DNA of 61,875 nucleotides, counting the filler, from Choristocarpus tenellus KU-1152 (Eukaryota > Protista > Phaeophyceae): the NCBI GenBank assembly GCA_964200185.2. It is 11 parts of 11 records of this genome, joined end to end, with 100 filler letters (N's around TTAATTAATTAA, not from the genome) between each part and the next. Parts side by side here need not be neighbours in the genome. Positions count along the whole stretch, not along the records: positions 55,828 to 59,053 come from CAXNAD020021416.1; positions 59,154 to 61,875 come from CAXNAD020025311.1; 9 more parts are not named here. One strand, 5' to 3'. Below are positions 55,828 to 61,875 of this stretch, piece after piece (the first letter of the stretch is position 1; every line of letters starts with the position of its first letter). The notes below the pieces were generated by a model. The model was given only the letters and a program-made list of their open reading frames with translations. It did not search any database and was not told the origin of the DNA. Made by a program: the position numbers and the translations under genes.

Positions 55828-56845
55828 CAGCATGTTGGGCACAACGCACCACCCCAGATCCCTCTGACCCGCTCAACCCCACCCCCTTCCGAGTCCTGTT
55901 TGGCCGTGACCCCCGCACACAGCTAGATGCAGTCATACCAAAGTTGGATGGTGACGTAGAGGTTGGAGGATTGGATTCCTTCATCGAACAGCGTAGACAG
56001 AACTTCAGGGAGGTGCGAAAAGTCCTGGAGAGAAGGATGTCCGCTAATCAGAGACAGAGAGAGAAAGCCAATGCTATGATAGCGAGGTCTTCGCCAGGAC
56101 TCGGATCCAAACCAGGTGACCTAGTCCTAGTAAAAGAAGCAGACAGCTCTATTCATGGGGAAAGATTAGGCGAGACGAGAGTAGGCAGAAAACTAGACAA
56201 TGAAAGGTGGACAGGACCATGGACTGTGAAAGAGGTATCACATCAAAGTAGTAGCATGACAGTAGAGCTGCTAGGCAGGCAAACTCGCACTCGTACTGTT
56301 CATGCTTCTCACGTAAAACCATTTCACGTATGACCCATTCATCTAAGACATAGCTTCCAAGAGGAGTATGCTCAACTAGTATGGGAGTCGGACCTAGGCT
56401 TGTCAGAGCAATCTGTGGTAGCTACTCCCATGTACACTCTTATAGACAGAAAAGCAATATTGTCGCCATCCAATGTCTGGCATTGGGAGTACAGGGGAAA
56501 GTACCAGAATGGGGAATTGTCAGAGTGGATTACTGAGAGAGAAGCTATGGATAGGCTCACTCCACTACAGCTAGATGTCTTCCATGCCCTATGGGACCTC
56601 TATACTCCAGACACGAGCCCACGCCCTACTGACACCTCCCGCCAAGGAAAACCCTTGTCTAGAGAGGACGCCTTTTCCCCACAGGTACCACTGTCAAGAA
56701 GTCATGGAAAGACGAGAAGGGGAAGGATAAGTGGTACATAGGTACAGTTTTTGACTTCAAGTCACCCTACTAGAGGGTATGGTTTAATGATGGGGATTGG
56801 GAAGAGATGAACAAGAGTGAAATGAGTCGTTTCTCCCGAAAATAA
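55828..56845 (+). mobile_element. Gypsy LTR retrotransposon pol 3' end (integrase C-terminus), pseudogenised
   Basis: TPFRVLFGRDPR, PGDLVLVK, KL..RWTGPWTV, VHASHVKPF (GPY/F module); stops at 56331 and 56771, frameshift near 56672. Confidence 0.85.
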
Positions 56846-57915
56846 TCCAACAGGTAACCACTACCCATCCAGAAGGCAAGGTATGTGAGGACTAACCGAT
56901 TTATAGGCTGACGCTGATGTTATGGCCTGTTTTACGCACTAGCAGCCGTCAGTATGCTTCGTGCTGGGGGGCATGAGACAGGCAATAATTGGATGATATT
57001 TGGCACCCTAGGAAAGCTGTACCTTAGAGAGAATATTAGGCTAGACGCAGACAGATTCGCCCAAGTAGGATAAGGATAAATGTTTAGGCCTAGTAGAAGC
57101 TTGGCATATTTTTCTGCTCTTCCTTCTCCCTGCTACAGGATGATTTGAGACGATTAATGACGTCTATTGTCTTCACCAGTAACAATCACTTGTAGTAAAC
57201 GTTGTTATATAGGATACATTCTTCTTTGTTTTATTTTTGGATTCTCTTATTTTCTCCATTTTTGTTATCCTGAAGTCTGAAAAAAAACAGGCATATTTAG
57301 CTTAGGCAGACACAATTTGAATAAGAGTGCATCCTATGACCTTGTGGGTGGATTCTTTTCAAAAGAATTGTGGAGATGGATCATTTATGATCAAGGTGAT
57401 CGGAACTGTGGTCCCATTCATTTTAGGCCATGTCAGAGGTGTATACTTTGCAATTTTTGAAGATGTTTTAGAAAGAACAAGTACATACTCAGACTATCCG
57501 AGATGCAATATATATTCTGTGCCTCTTAGGATAAATTATCTCAAGAAAAACATGGATATGTGTTGATCGATTCCGGACCTAGTTGAAGTTGTATGTTTTT
57601 AACAAAAATATATACTCTGATTAGCTCAGACATTTATTGATTTTTACTGTGTCTTAAGACTTTTGAGGAAATATTCTCAAGAAGAAACTGGGAGATACGT
57701 CAAATCATTGGTTGGAACTATCTGGAATTTGGAACTGAGGTCCCTGGGTTGGAGACAACTGAAAGGTTGGAACTGGAGCCCCTCTTTTGTGTGATGGCAA
57801 CTAACTCATGCTGCTACAGCGTGATCTGAGGTGACAGGTAATATCTATTTTCTTAACCAGTGACAATCGCCTGTGGTAAGCGTGAACATGTATACCTAGT
57901 TTATGCTGGGGGGCA

Positions 57916-58359
57916 TGTTACAGGCGAATAGCGCGAGTATTTCTTCCCACGTTTTTACTGGCGCGAGCAGTATACACGCGTGGGGAACCCCAAAAGGGGG
58001 AATTCCGATCTGCCTAAAAGTTGCAGAATAAACTGTAACTTGGGTAGTTGCAGAGGGTCATGAATGAATGGTCGGAAAGGGTTCCGAGATACATACTAGT
58101 ATTTACAAACCTGAAAACCCCCCTAAAACGCAAATGATTATTAGAGTTCCTAAAAACGACTCAAAACGACTCAGTTATTCTGACCTAACAGAGAAACCCA
58201 CAGAAGGCACTTTTAACTGATGCAAAACTTTATATGCATTTTATACTGATTGAATCAATTAACAGTACCCCTGTTCTGCTGAGCTGACGTTCGATAGTAT
58301 GGGAATTGGACTTGACTTGTACAACCTAGAAAGGTGAGCATTGGGGGGCGCCTGTAATA
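57916..58359 (+). mobile_element. 3' LTR (444 bp) preceded by polypurine tract
   Basis: GGGGGGCA then TGTTACAGGCG...CGCCTGTAATA; right end supported by an inverted second copy at 58986-59038. Confidence 0.7.
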
Positions 58360-58985
58360 CTCTATCAGACTACAACATGAGATTGCCAACTTTTCTCGAC
58401 AGATCCGCTACTGTTGCCATAAGCTGTCGGAATTCTTGAACAGATGGGCCCTCGGCAGGAACAAGTAGAATCGAACCTCCATGTGTAGACATGATGAAAT
58501 GATGGGTTAGAAACATAAGGTTAAATATATTATGTTAAAGTATCGCCCAAATAATCCAAGAGAATAAAGGTGATAAACCCAGCGATATCGCTTGATGTCT
58601 GTAGGGTGACTGATTAAAGCTAAGTGGGGCATGCAGCACCCCACAAAATCATAGATATTTCCTTTTATATGAGAAATTTCCTCATATAGCTAATCACTAG
58701 TAGAAGGTTCTGATAACTCGATCACTATTTATTGTTCTCTTACTTCATATACATATATTTTACCGTAACTGTCCGACAGAGTTGGAAGAGTCTAATTGAA
58801 CAGATTTCTCAATGAATGCAGGCGGGGAGAAAGGCTTGATCAACTTTATACATCCAACCCTAACTCCAGGAACAAACGTGAATGTACGGCATCTTGGAAG
58901 AAGTGGGAGACACCAAATCATCAGTGTATAAATAGTCTCAATCTCACCTCCTCTTCTTCCCTGACATCTCCTCATCGATATCTAC

Positions 58986-59053
58986 TGTTACAGGCGCCCC
59001 TCAATGCTCACCTTCCAGGATGTACAACTCAAATCCAACGACCTTAAAACGAT
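58986..59053 (-). mobile_element. Inverted partial copy of the same LTR
   Basis: TGTTACAGGCGCCCCTCAATGCTCACCTTCCAGGATGTACAACTCAAATCCAA is close to the reverse complement of 58306-58359. Confidence 0.75.
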
Positions 59054-59299
59054 NNNNNNNNNNNNNNNNNNNNNNNNNNNNNNNNNNNNNNNNNNNNTTA
59101 ATTAATTAANNNNNNNNNNNNNNNNNNNNNNNNNNNNNNNNNNNNNNNNNNNNCAACACAATAATCTCATATACACAAAATAAGATAGACTTCACTATTG
59201 TCCTATTTTGCACAACCCCCAAATGGACGCGGCTCTACCCTCTAAGATACTTTGGCTTTCACCTCTCGCCTCCGGCTGTGTTTGTCCGTAGACCCTGTG

Positions 59300-60830
59300 G
59301 CATCTTTATCATCGTTCTCCTCGGTCCTTTTCCTCCTAAGGTCGGGGGCGGACTCTCCCACCATGCACTTAGCGATAATCAAATCGTCTGTCATGAGATT
59401 GTCTGCCCTCAGCTCCGCATATTTTGCCTTGATCATCTGGATCATATCATCTTTGGTGGTCGTGCTTGGGTGGCAATGTCAAGTCTAGATGACAGCACTT
59501 GTGTGGCAGTGTAGACGGATATAGAGATTTATTGCAGCATGGATGTGTGGTCTGGATGTTTACTCGGGGATATGGTCGATTGGTAGGGCAGGTTGCTCCG
59601 TCGGTCCTGGACCCGATGTGAGGGTGGAACCGCAAAGGTTCGTCTTCAAGATGTATCTGGTTGGTGAGTGTTTGGATAAGGCCCACCTATATTTCCTGGC
59701 AAGTCTTCTGTTGCAGATCCGCCTCCACCTCCGGGTTGTATGCGCGGACGAACTCGTTCCATGTGACACGGGTGCCGTGAGAGTCTAACATACAAGGGCA
59801 CTTCCACATGGGATTAGATTTCCAGTCACATCTGTCACATGTACCGTCGACACAGGAATTTTTGAAACTGCCCAAGGAACCGCCAAAGGACGGTTCGCTG
59901 AGGGGCTCCAGCACGGTCCTCTCGCATCTGTTTTGTTTTTGTTAGTCCACGAGCGGTTTTTGTTGTCAGTGTAGAGGTTTGAGTAGCGGATCAAACGTCA
60001 CTAGTGGAGTCCGGCTGTAACTGCCACATATGTAGAGGACGTGGTGAAACGGTTTGAGGGTGAGTACAGTGGTGTGTATCTACAGTGGTTTCATTATTTT
60101 GGATATCATTCCAGCTCGTTGTGATAACACATTCGCCATGTCGCGGGAGTGGTTTGGAAGACAAACTTACAAGAGAAAGGCCATTAGATGAGCACCACTT
60201 TCAAGTGCGGTCTCCACTTCTGTAGACCCGCATCCTTTGCCTTTGTCACAGAATGCGCATGCGCATGCGCAAGTGCGTTGTCCATCGTCGCTAAAGCTCG
60301 TACTCGCATGTATTTTCTTCCAGTTCTCTCTTAGGCACAGAACCTGGAGGTCGGTGGTCATATGGTGAATGCAAACGCACGATCTGTGTTGGGTGGAAGA
60401 GTGGAGGGAGGGATACGGTGGGTTAGCATCCCTTGTGTGTGGACACTGATGATGCAGTATGTGACTGGGTATCCTGTGGCGGTTAGGAAACTTAGAGTTG
60501 CCCAGTCGTCAATGTAGCGTGTGCCCTAAAGCTCGAAAGACTATTTCCACACATACCTTGGTGTGGCCTTTGTGATGTAGAACGGTCTCCACTTCACGAA
60601 TGTCAACAGACAGGGTATTGGTCCTGAGGTCCCCTCCTGTTTGAATCTCTCCCTGAAGTTGGCGTAGACATCTTCTTCTGTCCCAATCTGTGACCTGTTG
60701 TGACGTCGGTTGCACCATGTATACGTAGTGTAATGTCACAGTTTTGTTGGAGGGTGAGCATGTTACACAATGATTAATCCATAAAGTGTCGAGGGTGGAT
60801 ATGCGCAATATTTGTGAGGATGACACTCGC
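59300..60830 (-). pseudogene. Intron-containing DNA transposase remnant, Sola-like (N-terminal Cys/His-rich half)
   Basis: Two phase-2 GT-AG introns (60556-60384, 60170-59928) join TEEDVYANFRERF..TFVKWRPFYITKATPR-SCVCIHH..LMAFL-LC..SCVDGTCDRC..VTWNEF; upstream frameshift and stop at 59687. Confidence 0.5.
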
Positions 60831-61875
60831 TAGTGTAGAGTACCTCTGAGCATGTTGTTGGCACAGTGCATCCGGGCGGCAAACTCTCTTGTTCGTATGC
60901 GGTCTAAGTAGTGCATTCCCTGAGTGGAATCATGAGATGTGACTGGATCGTGGGGCATGGCGGTGCTGCTGCTCTCCCATACGGTGATACCCAGAACATG
61001 TGTATCAGGATGCTGTACATCAAACTCTCGCGAGGAGATGTCCCTTCTTACGTTGAACACCCTTGGTCTGCTGTCTTGTCGGAGGTAACGATGGGAGATG
61101 TGGGGCGTGTGTCGGTTGTGCACCAGGGCATGAGGGATCATCCGGGCATCCCTGTTAGTGATGAAATGGTTTTCGACATACAGAGGATGTGTTCGTCCAG
61201 GGGTCAAGTTGTGTGTGTCACACCGTTGAAGGTTGCTGAAAACGAACTTCCATACCTGTGGGCGGTGCCTTGAGTAAAGTAGTGAGGGGCGTGGGTGTCG
61301 GAGCTGGGAGACAATCCCCCAGTGTCATCTGCAGCTGATGCGGAGTGGCACGCCTGTCGCCGATGACCTTAGAGTGTCGACGTTGATGTCGTATTTTCTT
61401 GCTGTGACGGACAGAAGGGGTTGAAACGTCGATGTCACCCTGTCATCGCCTATTTCGACATTAGGAGCAATGCTGATGAGGATGGATTTGTATACCTGGC
61501 AGGTATGCTCGGTGCTAAGATACCTGGAGATCAGGCGTGGACTCGCATTGTTCCCAAGCCATCACAACTCGCAGCGCGTTTGCCAACGGTGCAAATCTGC
61601 TTTTCTCATCCAACAACCAAGAGGCAAGGTTGTTCCAAGTGCAGCCGCTTCCTTCCATCTCTTCTGGGCCATCGTGGTTGACAAATATGGAGAGGAAGAG
61701 GTCCATGATCTGGTCCGTTTTGGATTTCTTCCACGAACAGGCGGCACTGGTCTTGGGCAGTCTCTTTAGTCCCCGTTTCCTGAGTGGGATCCAAACGAGG
61801 TTACAATATATGTTGGGTGGGTCTGTTTCCCTTTGACATTTGTGATAGAGACCCAAAGTATCTGGGAGGGGGGGG

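Overview
Eukaryotic DNA, not prokaryotic. The window is 11 unrelated short contigs joined by artificial 100-bp linkers (N44-TTAATTAATTAA-N44), so order across gaps carries no meaning. GT-AG introns, an ASAFAP-type bipartite plastid presequence and the repeat landscape point to a photosynthetic stramenopile, probably a brown alga or relative (inference). Host genes: a 3'-truncated plastid-targeted cofactor-dependent phosphoglycerate mutase, a 5-exon HSF-type transcription factor with a 7-kb first intron, a histone cluster (partial H2B; divergent H4/H3, each with a 3' stem-loop) and a UBE2H/UBC8-type E2 enzyme. The rest is mostly transposon-derived. There are two MITE families sharing GRS-Y-CAAAGTATCT termini and 4-bp TSDs, plus an intron-containing Sola-like transposase remnant that may be their mobiliser. 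A CRE-like (RLE) non-LTR family has two alternative 3' UTRs converging on one terminal stem-loop. A Gypsy 3' end has an integrase tail carrying chromo-like and Tudor-like modules. Harbinger, RTE, LINE and Copia remnants and several satellites are also present. Family assignments come from remembered motifs and need HMM confirmation.
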